From a virus: DNA of 64,000 nucleotides. The DNA is taken from IMG/VR virus record IMGVR_UViG_3300030061_003198, one strand, 5' to 3'. The notes under the pieces were generated by a model. It had not been told where the DNA came from. It was given only the letters and a program-made list of their open reading frames with translations, and did not search any database. Made by a program: the position numbers and the translations under genes. Below, piece by piece: positions 1 to 9,869 of the stretch. Numbering within the stretch: the first letter of the stretch is position 1; each line of letters opens with the position of its first letter.

Positions 1-740
1 AATTTTTCATTATATAAATCTTGTCCTAATGATGCATATATATTAGGAAATTCTTCTATATCATTCATTATAATCATCCCGCGCGTATCAAAATAATCTC
101 CAATTGACGGCATACCCCAATAGATTGGAATTGTTCCGGTCATAATAGGATTAATTAATTTTTCGGAAAAATGTAGATCTCGCCGTTGATTTTCCATTGC
201 AATATGAAATGCATAATCTTTTAATCCAGTAGTTATACTATCAATTGGATTATATCCTCTACCCATAACATCAATAACATTGCCCCATCGTTGTATTAGT
301 TCATGCCTTTTTAAATGATCAGGAACATTGCTTTTTCCTGATGCGATAATACTTACTATTTTAGTTTTATTATGAAACATTCTATTTTCTGGTTCTATCC
401 AGCATCCGCCAAAAGGATAATAAATGAAATTTTCGCCTTTATCTAGTAATTTTTTTTCATTAGTTAATACATAATCAAATAAATGATTGTTATTTAATAC
501 CCATTCATAACAATCGGGTTGTTTAACATATGGTTCTATTAACCATGCTATTTTTTTGCGGTGGCCCGATTTATCGCCTTTCATAATATCGCTGTCGGTA
601 TAAAATACTAAATCTTCATTATGAGATACGTTTCTATCCCATTCTATATTATCTGAAAAAGATACAGGTGGCATAGGATTATTACTATATTCACAATGAC
701 AAAACGTTTGTTCTATTATTTTTAATTTTAATTTACTCAT
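1..740 (-). CDS. Glycosyltransferase family 10 (alpha-1,3-fucosyltransferase-like), runs off the window edge
   Basis: Not in the ORF track. Hand translation from ATG at 740 (ATGA overlap with the GT11 stop) gives MSKLKLKIIEQTFCHCEY...; it contains the GT10-type motif YAFHIAMEN...SEKLINPIMTGTIPIYWG. Confidence 0.8.
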   Translation of the reverse strand, partial: MSKLKLKIIEQTFCHCEYSNNPMPPVSFSDNIEWDRNVSHNEDLVFYTDSDIMKGDKSGHRKKIAWLIEPYVKQPDCYEWVLNNNHLFDYVLTNEKKLLDKGENFIYYPFGGCWIEPENRMFHNKTKIVSIIASGKSNVPDHLKRHELIQRWGNVIDVMGRGYNPIDSITTGLKDYAFHIAMENQRRDLHFSEKLINPIMTGTIPIYWGMPSIGDYFDTRGMIIMNDIEEFPNIYASLGQDLYNEK

Positions 741-1480
741 ATTACTAACCAATCTTTACAATATAAATCAGTTGGATCTAATTTTTTATTAGGACCAAAC
801 CAATTTTTAGGAGCAATTACTGTTTTATTATTATTTTTATTTAACCATGCCCCCCACCAGCTAAATGATGAATTTGCAATTATATTATGATTGCATAATG
901 ACATTAACCACAAATCTATATAATCTTCTTCTCCTTCGATAAATATAAATTTATCGCCTACAAAATTATTTTTACACCATACTATATCATCACTAAATAT
1001 AAGAAAATTATCACAATTATTGAAATATGTCATAGCTGAATTATAATAATTTATATCCTGTACAGGATGTTTATCTTGTTTATTTAAATAATCACCCCGT
1101 CGTACATGAATAGAAACAGAATTTGATAACATATTAGCATATTTAGTTTGTATATATGTATTTGAAGCTTTATCAATTGAATATAAATCTAATATTTTTA
1201 TCCTATCTAGATATTTTTCACTTTGAAAATATCCGTTGAATAGTATGTTATTATATGTAGGTAGTGGTTGATATGTAAAAGATGGTTCATCATACTCATA
1301 TTGCAATCCTTCAACATTTTGATTTATTTTTCTAAATATATTTCTAAGATACTTTTTAATATTGCCATGCACTTGTGTAGCATCTTGGATATTAAAACCT
1401 ACATCTTCAGACAATGAGTACATTGCAGCTACTTGAAATAAGTAGTTACCTAAACCTCCTTGTAGTTTACAGCTAATCAT
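737..1480 (-). CDS. Glycosyltransferase family 11 (alpha-1,2-fucosyltransferase-like)
   Basis: GGLGNYLFQ, HVRRGDY and NSSFSWWGA motifs. Confidence 0.9.
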   Translation of the reverse strand: MISCKLQGGLGNYLFQVAAMYSLSEDVGFNIQDATQVHGNIKKYLRNIFRKINQNVEGLQYEYDEPSFTYQPLPTYNNILFNGYFQSEKYLDRIKILDLYSIDKASNTYIQTKYANMLSNSVSIHVRRGDYLNKQDKHPVQDINYYNSAMTYFNNCDNFLIFSDDIVWCKNNFVGDKFIFIEGEEDYIDLWLMSLCNHNIIANSSFSWWGAWLNKNNNKTVIAPKNWFGPNKKLDPTDLYCKDWLVI

Positions 1481-2162
1481 TACTATCCTCTAATATTGAA
1501 TTCCAAGATTGTGATAAATTATAATTTACAACTTTCTGCTCTATATCACTATAATCATCTGCTTGATCTGTTAGGCAAGGATAACAACCAAATATATTAT
1601 AATTAGGATTATGATGTATTTCAGAAAGATAATAAAAATCAATATTTACACGGCTAGGACCTGACCATATGGTATTATCATAAAAGTTAACGTTATCATA
1701 TTTGTTTAGTATAGTATCATACATACTTTCATAAACAATGTATGAATGAGTTGTTTTTGCTCCGCCTATTCTAAATAAATTTTTATCGATCTTTTTATTA
1801 GTTTCAACATATCCAGTTAATAAATTGCCGCCTAAATAAAGCATATGAGGACTTAGATTATTTGTTTCAATTTGTTGTAATGATGCTAATAAAGTAGATT
1901 TAAATGTAGAAGGATTAGTAATAGTAAAATCATCTTCAAATATTAATATATTTTTATAATTATTTTCTTTAGCATGCTTTACTATATTATAATGTGATAA
2001 TGTACAACCTCGTATACCGATATTATCTTTAATAGCTGGAACTCGGTAATAATTAGTAATATTTACACTATTAAGCGCTTCTTCACATTTAGTACGCCTG
2101 TCTTGTCTTTCGTCTAGATTTATATAGACAATACAATCAATATATTCAGATAGCCAACTCAT
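1473..2162 (-). CDS. Glycosyltransferase family 25
   Basis: YINLDERQDRR, GCTLSH and ILIFEDD motifs. Confidence 0.85.
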   Translation of the reverse strand: MSWLSEYIDCIVYINLDERQDRRTKCEEALNSVNITNYYRVPAIKDNIGIRGCTLSHYNIVKHAKENNYKNILIFEDDFTITNPSTFKSTLLASLQQIETNNLSPHMLYLGGNLLTGYVETNKKIDKNLFRIGGAKTTHSYIVYESMYDTILNKYDNVNFYDNTIWSGPSRVNIDFYYLSEIHHNPNYNIFGCYPCLTDQADDYSDIEQKVVNYNLSQSWNSILEDSND

Positions 2163-2791
2163 TAAATCGTTTCGTAATATTCGTTTTGACGTTCTTGTTT
2201 ATCTATTGTCTTTGGATGATGTAATGCTAATTCTTCATTAGGTGGCACTTGAGATAAAGCTTTATGCCCTTCTATTCTTTCATGTACTTTTCCTACCCAA
2301 TTTATATTTTTGTCTCGTTTATATATTCTACCTTGATAATCAGGCCAATTGACCCATCCTTCGTTATTAACTTGCCATTCCCATTTTTCTATATGAGTTT
2401 GAGTTAAGCCTTCAACTGTATTTATTCTTGGTATGTATATTAATTCGACACTAGGATTCATTTCTAATATAGGATGTAAATTATTAACTAGAATCTCAGA
2501 AGGTATCTCGTCTGCATCCAATTGAAATATCCAATCACAATCACGGAATAATTCATAGCCAGTATTTTTAAATGTAGCAAAATCATTATTTAATGGGGCA
2601 TATGCTAATCGAATTGAATCATCGGGAAGTAAAAATTTCTCACATAATTCCCGAACTTCATCAGTATGATTTGTCTCATCTAATAATATTCCTATACAAT
2701 CAGTATCAGAAATATTTGTTTTTAGCATTAGTAATAATCTTGCCAATTCTTCAAATTCATTACAAGCTGTTATAAAATATCCTATTTTCAT
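2162..2791 (-). CDS. Glycosyltransferase family 2 (GT-A)
   Basis: WIFQLDADE DxD motif, PD(Y)QGR and VHE motifs typical of LPS beta-glucosyltransferase-like GT2. Confidence 0.85.
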   Translation of the reverse strand: MKIGYFITACNEFEELARLLLMLKTNISDTDCIGILLDETNHTDEVRELCEKFLLPDDSIRLAYAPLNNDFATFKNTGYELFRDCDWIFQLDADEIPSEILVNNLHPILEMNPSVELIYIPRINTVEGLTQTHIEKWEWQVNNEGWVNWPDYQGRIYKRDKNINWVGKVHERIEGHKALSQVPPNEELALHHPKTIDKQERQNEYYETI

Positions 2792-4101
2792 ACTTTGTTC
2801 AACTTTGGTAATTTAATATTTGTATTTCCGGAATTAGGTAAACTAGATTTTGTTGTTTTATTTATTTTAGGCAACGATAATTTAGGTAACTGTAATTGCG
2901 TTGTATCAGGTATATGTTTAGTTCCAATATCAATAGTTTCAATTAACTTACTATATTTTTCTTTCATTGAATTTCTAGTGAATTTTTCATTAACAAATTT
3001 TTTCTGAGCTCTAGAACCTGGTAAAAATTTATTATATTGTTTATGAACTTCTTTTAATGCTTTTTTTGCATATCCATAATCCGGAGTAAACCATTTAGCT
3101 TCATTAATTAAAAATGGATTCTGTGCTGATTGGTGTATTGGTGTTAATCCTCCAATTAATGCAATAATATTTTCTTTTTGTAAAAAATCAGCTTGTCCCG
3201 AATAATGTGGAGCTATAATAGGCTTACCTGTTGTTGCAAACTCTAATAATGGACGACCAAACCCTTCAGCTTTAGTAAATGATATCATTGATTTAACCTT
3301 TGTATGATTATAAAGTAAATTCATTTCATCATCAGTTAAGTCTCCATGTAATAGATAAACATTAGGTAATTTTGTTTGTTTAGGGTATAGTGCACGAATT
3401 TGATTAATCTTATGTTCAATTGCATGCTTGTCAGTTACTGAATATGTTGCTCCTCCAGTTTTTAATATTAATCCTGGAACATTTGTTTTATTTTTAAATG
3501 TTTCAAAAAATACGTTAATTAGGCCACTAATATTTTTTCTATCTTCGCCCAATTGGCCTTCTAGCCAATGGCCAACAAATAAATAACAAAACTGTTCATG
3601 AATATCATTTAATATTGTTAATGATTTGTCTTTAATTGGTTTATATATAGATTGATCAAAATATTCTGATATGACTTGTATATCAGTAGATATCAACATA
3701 TTATGTTTTTTAGCAGTATTTATAAAAGTTTGTTTAGTAAACTCAGATGGTACAACAATAACATCCATTCTATTAATACATTCAATCCATTCTTTTGGAC
3801 CTACATCGCCTTCGGTACCAGCTGTTACCCCAATATTATATCTACCAACTTTTTGAAATTCATTTGGTACTGTTATCTGAACCCATATATCTGGTTGTTC
3901 TGATAATGGAAGTGGAACAAATTTACTTTGCCATTCTGTTGGTACTGGATATGTAAATGGGGTGTTGCCCCATGGCATTGAAAGTAATTTAATATCCCAT
4001 TCTGTTTCTTTTTGTTCTATTATATGACTAATAAATTCTCGCGCGTGATGTCCGTACCCCGATTGTGTAGCTACTGGACTTGAAATAACACATTTTTTCA
4101 T
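2788..4101 (-). CDS. GT-B glycosyltransferase (GT4-like)
   Basis: SGYG N-terminal loop, VPSEF and EGFGRPLLE C-terminal motif. Confidence 0.85.
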   Translation of the reverse strand: MKKCVISSPVATQSGYGHHAREFISHIIEQKETEWDIKLLSMPWGNTPFTYPVPTEWQSKFVPLPLSEQPDIWVQITVPNEFQKVGRYNIGVTAGTEGDVGPKEWIECINRMDVIVVPSEFTKQTFINTAKKHNMLISTDIQVISEYFDQSIYKPIKDKSLTILNDIHEQFCYLFVGHWLEGQLGEDRKNISGLINVFFETFKNKTNVPGLILKTGGATYSVTDKHAIEHKINQIRALYPKQTKLPNVYLLHGDLTDDEMNLLYNHTKVKSMISFTKAEGFGRPLLEFATTGKPIIAPHYSGQADFLQKENIIALIGGLTPIHQSAQNPFLINEAKWFTPDYGYAKKALKEVHKQYNKFLPGSRAQKKFVNEKFTRNSMKEKYSKLIETIDIGTKHIPDTTQLQLPKLSLPKINKTTKSSLPNSGNTNIKLPKLNKV

Positions 4102-5555
4102 ACTATACCCATTTCTTTATATGTTGTTGATTCTACTTTATTTAATGTATATTTTGGTCTTTTATCTTTAGGATAATCGAATAAAAAGTCGATCATTTCG
4201 ATCATTTTATTACCCATTTGTTTTGATGTTAATCCATGAGATAAACAAAACTCCCTGCCAGCTTCGCCACATTCTTCTCTCTCTTCTGCTGGTGTAAAAT
4301 ACCATGCTGCAATTGCATCTGATACTTCTTCATATTGACATCTGTCGTCAAAAATATATGGAGTTTTAGGTGAACCTTGCATAGATCGATTAGATGGAAA
4401 TACTGGTTGTACCCATTTGCCATGCTTTTTAAAATTACCTTTATGATTGGTAGAAAATTCTCCGTTAAATCTTAACCAATTACCATCAGCATCTTCAAAT
4501 CTACATTGATCTTGTAATCCACCTGTAACATTATTAATAATTGGAGTACCTGATAACAATGATTCTGTACTACTCAATCCCCATCCTTCGTTAGACGCAA
4601 TATTAATAGTTACGTCTGCAACATTATACATTGCATTTAATTCTACTGAAGATATTCTGGCTTCTGAAAATAATATTTTACAATCTGGTGCAATATTTTC
4701 ATGTATTGTTCTAAGGTCTGTGCCATTATTATCTACAATTTGAGTATGCATTAGCAACCCTACTGTATCTTGTTTATCTTTTGGTAAATTATCTCTAAAT
4801 TTCTTGAATGCTAATATTACATCTCCAGGCTGTTTTCGCCTGATATTACGATTATTCCAAAATACTAAAAATTCAATTCCATTTTTAAGTTTTATATCAT
4901 CATGAAACTTTTTATATGTTGTATCTGTTTCGGATATAGGTTTATATATATTATGGTTCAACCCATGCGGAACATATCCAGTAATTACTTCATCCCATTC
5001 CAAATTTGGATCTGGCTTTTTAGTGTTGTCTTCTGTATCAAAGTCATACACCCCAAATCCGTTCTGTTCCAACACCTCTCGATGTATATTATCAGATTGT
5101 TTCGAAATTCCCATTATTAAGTCACAGCTACCGTAAAATGGGGCATTCCACATTGGATATGGTAGATCGTCCCAAATTGAATAATATATCAATGGAATAT
5201 TAAATGATGTTTTAATTTCATGTTCTAATGCGTATAACCATTCCCAATATCTCGGATCGGTAAAGTGGAATATAGCGTCTGGTTTTTCTGATTGAATTAT
5301 TGCAAATAATAAATTTCTATTTCCATATCCATCAGATGGTATAACTTTTACGTCTGCATCTTGAACGCCTGTTTCCCGACGAACATCTGCAGATAAATCA
5401 AACATTTTTCCAGTATCTGGATGTTTAACTGCTGCTCCTATTTGTACCCAATCATATTTGTGTACTGTATTTAAAATAATTTCTTTTGAAATGGTTCCAA
5501 TTCCAGAAGGTAATCTAAAATCGTCTGCTAATAACAGAATTTTCTTTTTTTTCAT
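4098..5555 (-). CDS. GT-B glycosyltransferase (GT4-like)
   Basis: PSGIG, VPHG, NRNIRRKQ and EGWGLSSTE (E-x7-E) motifs. Confidence 0.88.
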   Translation of the reverse strand: MKKKKILLLADDFRLPSGIGTISKEIILNTVHKYDWVQIGAAVKHPDTGKMFDLSADVRRETGVQDADVKVIPSDGYGNRNLLFAIIQSEKPDAIFHFTDPRYWEWLYALEHEIKTSFNIPLIYYSIWDDLPYPMWNAPFYGSCDLIMGISKQSDNIHREVLEQNGFGVYDFDTEDNTKKPDPNLEWDEVITGYVPHGLNHNIYKPISETDTTYKKFHDDIKLKNGIEFLVFWNNRNIRRKQPGDVILAFKKFRDNLPKDKQDTVGLLMHTQIVDNNGTDLRTIHENIAPDCKILFSEARISSVELNAMYNVADVTINIASNEGWGLSSTESLLSGTPIINNVTGGLQDQCRFEDADGNWLRFNGEFSTNHKGNFKKHGKWVQPVFPSNRSMQGSPKTPYIFDDRCQYEEVSDAIAAWYFTPAEEREECGEAGREFCLSHGLTSKQMGNKMIEMIDFLFDYPKDKRPKYTLNKVESTTYKEMGIV

Positions 5556-5565
5556 TAATAACCTT

Positions 5566-5596
5566 TATAAATATATAATAACTTTATTATAAATAT
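5566..5596 (-). promoter_or_regulatory. Tandem putative late promoters (ATATTTATA x2)
   Basis: TATAAATAT on + strand at 5566-5574 and 5588-5596; the same motif precedes structural genes. Confidence 0.6.
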
Positions 5597-5997
5597 CAAC
5601 CTAAAATAACAACAGGCTTTTTTAATTTTTTTATTTTATTATATGCTGTTTTTAATTGCGGATTCAAATTATTTTCATTATTCATAATTATCATATAATC
5701 ACAATTTTCTGCCAATAATTTCATTCTATGTAATAATTGCGAAAAGTGATATTTCTTTCCATAATATGACTCTGGTAACATTGAATATAAATTTCTTCCT
5801 GTATATGATGGATTATATTCTTGATATGATATTCCAAATTCTAATGCAAATTTTTTAACCATATGATTAGCTCCTTCAGAGCCTCCACCAGATACAATAA
5901 TTAATTCTTGTTTAAATTTTTGTTTTAATTCTGAAAGTACTTGTTGTACTTTTCTTTTATTTTGCCATTCTTTATTTCCAATAACAGCAATTTTCAT
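5596..5997 (-). CDS. SLOG/YspA-like (DUF2493) protein
   Basis: KIAVIG and IVSGG..GA signature of the SLOG fold. Confidence 0.7.
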   Translation of the reverse strand: MKIAVIGNKEWQNKRKVQQVLSELKQKFKQELIIVSGGGSEGANHMVKKFALEFGISYQEYNPSYTGRNLYSMLPESYYGKKYHFSQLLHRMKLLAENCDYMIIMNNENNLNPQLKTAYNKIKKLKKPVVILG

Positions 5998-6246
5998 TTA
6001 TCCTTTGATAACTGTTTTTGTGGTTGGAGTTTTAGCATCTGTGGTATGTGCTAACATCATTTTTAGTGCGTCTAATTTACCTTGTGCATCTGCAAACTTT
6101 TCTATAAACTTATCTATTTCTGCAACTAAATCTGGGTGTTCGCCTATTCCAACTGCATTGTTTAAATAAACATCTAACTTTGCTACTGCTACTGCTTTTT
6201 GTGCATGGTATTTTGCATATAAAGCGTCTAATAATAATCCATTCAT
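5998..6246 (-). CDS. Small conserved T4-like phage hypothetical protein
   Basis: VGIGEHPD motif recalled from marine T4-like phages; RBS and promoter upstream. Confidence 0.6.
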   Translation of the reverse strand: MNGLLLDALYAKYHAQKAVAVAKLDVYLNNAVGIGEHPDLVAEIDKFIEKFADAQGKLDALKMMLAHTTDAKTPTTKTVIKG

Positions 6247-6262
6247 ATTTTCCTTTTTATTT

Positions 6263-6291
6263 ATTATATTAAAAATTATTGACGAATCCTA
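6263..6291 (-). promoter_or_regulatory. Early/middle promoter TAGGAT-N17-TATAAT
   Basis: Matches the recurring two-box consensus with exact 17-nt spacing. Confidence 0.55.
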
Positions 6292-7229
6292 TCTTCTTTG
6301 GGACAATTATCATAATCCATCTTAAATGGACACCACTTACAATGTTTAGATCCTTTACCAGCAATAGATAGATAATTTTGTTCTACTCGCTTCTTGCCAG
6401 TTTCATCAAAACAAAATTCTATAAATGAGTCAATATCACGTTGAATCTTTTTTCTAGTAATTGATCCAGAAGCCGGATTAAGTATCTGTATACGCTTTTG
6501 TGGAAACATTGATTCTTCTAGTAACTTTCGTTTCACTATAAAGAATTCAATATCAATATTGTCAATTGGAGTTCCAAATTGGTCGGAAAAGTATTTTTTA
6601 TAAGCAACCAATTGTGCTGCTTTAAGCTTATCAGCTTTTTGCCATTTGTTCCAGCCCATTCGGCTAGTTTTAATATCTATTATTTTTATTGTATTTAATA
6701 CAGTATCTCTAACTACAATATCTATAAATCCGTACCAATAAACATTTTTATTAACTGATGATGCTGGTACTCCTAATTCTACTTCTATCCCAACTAGTTC
6801 CATATTTTTAGTAGAAAAATATTGAGATCTTCTTTTTTTGAACCAATCTAATATTTGTACTCCATCATTTAAATGTTCTGCTAATTCAGTTGGGGTTGAA
6901 AAATGTTCTCCATTATTTGCTTTTACTCCTTTGCTATATTCTAACTTCAAATATGTTAATAGCAAATCGTGAAGATTTATTTCATTTGCTGCCTTGACTG
7001 AATCAGTATATAATACAGTTAAATATTCTTGCAATGTTTCATGGAAGGCAGTTCCAAAACATGTTGCAATACTATGAGTAAATGGAGCTAACTTATCAAT
7101 ATATGAAAGCTTCCATTGTTTAGGACATTTTGAAAACATTGACCATTGTGAATATGATATCTTAGCCGGAACTTTTGATACATCATTTAATGATAATTTA
7201 TATATTGGGTTTATATATCCGGTTTTCAT
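6276..7229 (-). CDS. Cas4/RecB-like PD-(D/E)XK exonuclease with Fe-S cysteines
   Basis: SYSQ..CP, GFID, IIDIKT, QL..Y and C-terminal CKWCPF..C. Confidence 0.85.
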   Translation of the reverse strand: MKTGYINPIYKLSLNDVSKVPAKISYSQWSMFSKCPKQWKLSYIDKLAPFTHSIATCFGTAFHETLQEYLTVLYTDSVKAANEINLHDLLLTYLKLEYSKGVKANNGEHFSTPTELAEHLNDGVQILDWFKKRRSQYFSTKNMELVGIEVELGVPASSVNKNVYWYGFIDIVVRDTVLNTIKIIDIKTSRMGWNKWQKADKLKAAQLVAYKKYFSDQFGTPIDNIDIEFFIVKRKLLEESMFPQKRIQILNPASGSITRKKIQRDIDSFIEFCFDETGKKRVEQNYLSIAGKGSKHCKWCPFKMDYDNCPKEDRIRQ

Positions 7230-7231
7230 AA

Positions 7232-7816
7232 TTATGGGTAGATTAAAAGGCCTTGTTTACACTCATTTATAAGATCATCTTTTATTTCAGAAATTTTATC
7301 ATAAAAATTTTCAACTGCTTCATCATAAGCATATTGATCTTTATTTTCTATAAAATCGTCTTCATCTGGATATTCTGGAAGATCTTCATCATCACAAATA
7401 AAATCAGATCCATTATGATTTGCATAACCTCCTGATACATGTAAATATGCTTCATCTTCACTTCTAGCTTCCATTTCGAATTCACCACGCTTTGTAAACC
7501 AATCTGCTAGTTCATGAAATAATTCTTCTGGTGGATACCATGCTGAATCAAATGTTAAATCAATTATATCGTCATCTATATGCCAATCGTGTACAAAACA
7601 CCATTTTGCTCCTACATTTTCAATCATCCAATCTCTAGTTAAATTGTCTTTAGGATAATCTTTATATAATAATCCATATAAGTTATCAGCTATTATACTA
7701 CTTTTAAGTTGCCAATCAGCTTCTTCTACTTCTGGAGTAAATAATTTGTCTGCGAAATTTTTTAGAACTTCTACAGATGATTCTATACTTACAACAGTAT
7801 ATACGTTATTTGCCAT
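7232..7816 (-). CDS. YubB/DUF1281-like ferredoxin-fold protein, acidic
   Basis: W..ENVGAKW and FDSAWYPP motifs. Confidence 0.6.
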   Translation of the reverse strand: MANNVYTVVSIESSVEVLKNFADKLFTPEVEEADWQLKSSIIADNLYGLLYKDYPKDNLTRDWMIENVGAKWCFVHDWHIDDDIIDLTFDSAWYPPEELFHELADWFTKRGEFEMEARSEDEAYLHVSGGYANHNGSDFICDDEDLPEYPDEDDFIENKDQYAYDEAVENFYDKISEIKDDLINECKQGLLIYP

Positions 7817-7830
7817 AATATTTTTATTAT

Positions 7831-7859
7831 ATTATAAGAAATTATTCGGATTGATCCAA
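7831..7859 (-). promoter_or_regulatory. Early/middle promoter TTGGAT-N17-TATAAT
   Basis: ATCCAA at 7854-7859 and ATTATA at 7831-7836 on + strand. Confidence 0.65.
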
Positions 7860-8069
7860 ATGTTCAGTAAGATAAATATCAATTAAATCCTTTGACTTTT
7901 TTAGATCTTCTTCGAATGATCCTTTTTTTCTGCACCTAACTATACGTTTAAGTATGTCAAACTCATATGAGTTTAAGTCCCATTCTTCTGCAAATTTGTA
8001 TAGACTCGATTTACCAACATAATGATATTGAGTATTAATTGATCCTGTATTTGTTGATTCAAATGTCAT
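7842..8069 (-). CDS. DUF3310-like protein
   Basis: HY...K...R.RKKG...EDLKK pattern. Confidence 0.65.
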   Translation of the reverse strand: MTFESTNTGSINTQYHYVGKSSLYKFAEEWDLNSYEFDILKRIVRCRKKGSFEEDLKKSKDLIDIYLTEHLDQSE

Positions 8070-8509
8070 TTCTTCCCTTTTAACATTGTTTTAATTTCTT
8101 TTGTATTATATCCATACATTGATAACAAAGTACTGCAACTATCTTTAGGCATTAATTCAATGTAATCAATGGCTTCTGTTTTACTTACTAGATAGTGGTC
8201 TGCAATTTGTGAAACTAAATCAGTATTATACTTATCTTCCTTTTTTCCTTTAATGTACTTAGCAAAGGTTCTCTGGGCTGGTAATAAGCCGTGATAGAGA
8301 CGATAAGTATCTCTAGGCGATAATAACCCAATTGTATATTTTTGTAACTGATTAATTACTTCAATTAGTTCCATTTTCATTGATAACCATCTATTAACAA
8401 TAAAAGGAGAGAATTTCTTTTTGTCTATATCTGTATATTTAGACCATTCTTTCTTTTCATGTGTCATTCCGTTAATAAAATCGAAGATAGTTGCAGGTTT
8501 CTTTGTCAT
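8066..8509 (-). CDS. Clamp loader small subunit (T4 gp62-like)
   Basis: FSPFIVNRWLS motif; near the clamp loader ATPase. Confidence 0.7.
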   Translation of the reverse strand: MTKKPATIFDFINGMTHEKKEWSKYTDIDKKKFSPFIVNRWLSMKMELIEVINQLQKYTIGLLSPRDTYRLYHGLLPAQRTFAKYIKGKKEDKYNTDLVSQIADHYLVSKTEAIDYIELMPKDSCSTLLSMYGYNTKEIKTMLKGKK

Positions 8510-8718
8510 AGTTTATATTTTTGTTTATATGTGTCAATAAATGATTCGCCGATTGCTAATTCTAGTATTACCGCATTGTCAGGTACGCCCGGCATTTTCT
8601 TTCCATTAACAATGTCAATATTTTTGTTTTTAAATACTTTCATTTTGGTTTTAGCATTTTTTCTATTAGATGATTTAAATACTAAAACAACGGGGAGTTT
8701 TGGGTAAGGAGCTCCCAT
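8506..8718 (-). CDS. Basic hypothetical protein
   Basis: Start moved to MGAPYPK (TAATG overlap at 8718). Confidence 0.5.
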   Translation of the reverse strand: MGAPYPKLPVVLVFKSSNRKNAKTKMKVFKNKNIDIVNGKKMPGVPDNAVILELAIGESFIDTYKQKYKL

Positions 8719-8930
8719 TATCTTACCTCTGGTTGAAATTCTTCTGGAACATGGCCACAATCATCGCATCTAAATACCGGTACTGGGATAACAGTGTCTT
8801 TATCATGTCCTGTTATGAATCTAGATAATTTATTAATGCACATTACTTGTCTAAAATACATTCCGCTGCAATTAGAGCATATCATTGGCTCAGCATCAGC
8901 TGGATTAATATTTGGTTGATTTTTGTTCAT
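8718..8930 (-). CDS. Zn-ribbon protein
   Basis: CSNC...CDDC pairs. Confidence 0.6.
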   Translation of the reverse strand: MNKNQPNINPADAEPMICSNCSGMYFRQVMCINKLSRFITGHDKDTVIPVPVFRCDDCGHVPEEFQPEVR

Positions 8931-8939
8931 AATATTCCT

Positions 8940-9866
8940 TTATAATTCATTCATTAACTTAACAAACATTGCCATGGTATTAATTTCTTTATCAACTACG
9001 CTAGTATCTGTATATTGAGATTCTGCAATAATTAATATACATGCTGCTATACTACCAGTTGCAAATTCATCTAAATTATCAAATAAAAATGTATATAATG
9101 GTGTAAAATCTTTAACTTTACTATCTGCAATAATTTGTCGTATCTGCTTAAAAGATTCTTTTTTATCTTTAATATTTTTTAAAATATTTAATAATTCAGT
9201 CATATAATTAGCTTGAACAACACTATTTTTGTCTAATACTAATTTGCCTTTCACAACATGACTTTGTGCTGCATTAATTGCTCTACGAATATCTGGATAT
9301 GAAGAATTAATAATAGCTGCTACATCTTTTATTTCATATTCAACTTGTTTCTCTTCTAACACAGTAACTAATCTTTTTGCAACGTCTGCTTTGCCTGGAG
9401 GTGCGATTCCAAATGTCTGACATCTACTTTGTATTGGATCTATAATCTTTTCAACATAATTACATGTTAATATAAATCTTGTAGTCTTACTATATGTTTC
9501 CATTAAGTTTCTTAATGCTGCTTGTGCATTAGGGGTAAGATAGTCAGCTTCATCTAATATAACAATTTTCCATCGTTTAAATCCTACTGTAGATGCATAT
9601 CTTTTTATTTTATCTCTTACTGCGTCTACTGAGTTTTCGTCAGATGCATTAATATACATTAAATCAGCATCTACATTATTTGCAATGATCTTTGCTAATG
9701 TAGTCTTACCTGTGCCTGCTCCACCATAAAATAATAAATGCGGAACATCGCCATTTTCAATGAATATTTTGACTTTATCAATAATATGTTCATTACCAAT
9801 ATATCCGTCTAATGTATCGGGTCTAAATGATTCTACCCAAAGTGTATTTTCTGTTACTCCAAACAT
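8940..9866 (-). CDS. Clamp loader ATPase subunit (RFC-small / T4 gp44-like)
   Basis: WVESFRP, GGAGTGKTT, LDEAD and SRC motifs. Confidence 0.95.
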   Translation of the reverse strand: MFGVTENTLWVESFRPDTLDGYIGNEHIIDKVKIFIENGDVPHLLFYGGAGTGKTTLAKIIANNVDADLMYINASDENSVDAVRDKIKRYASTVGFKRWKIVILDEADYLTPNAQAALRNLMETYSKTTRFILTCNYVEKIIDPIQSRCQTFGIAPPGKADVAKRLVTVLEEKQVEYEIKDVAAIINSSYPDIRRAINAAQSHVVKGKLVLDKNSVVQANYMTELLNILKNIKDKKESFKQIRQIIADSKVKDFTPLYTFLFDNLDEFATGSIAACILIIAESQYTDTSVVDKEINTMAMFVKLMNEL

Positions 9867-9869
9867 AAT

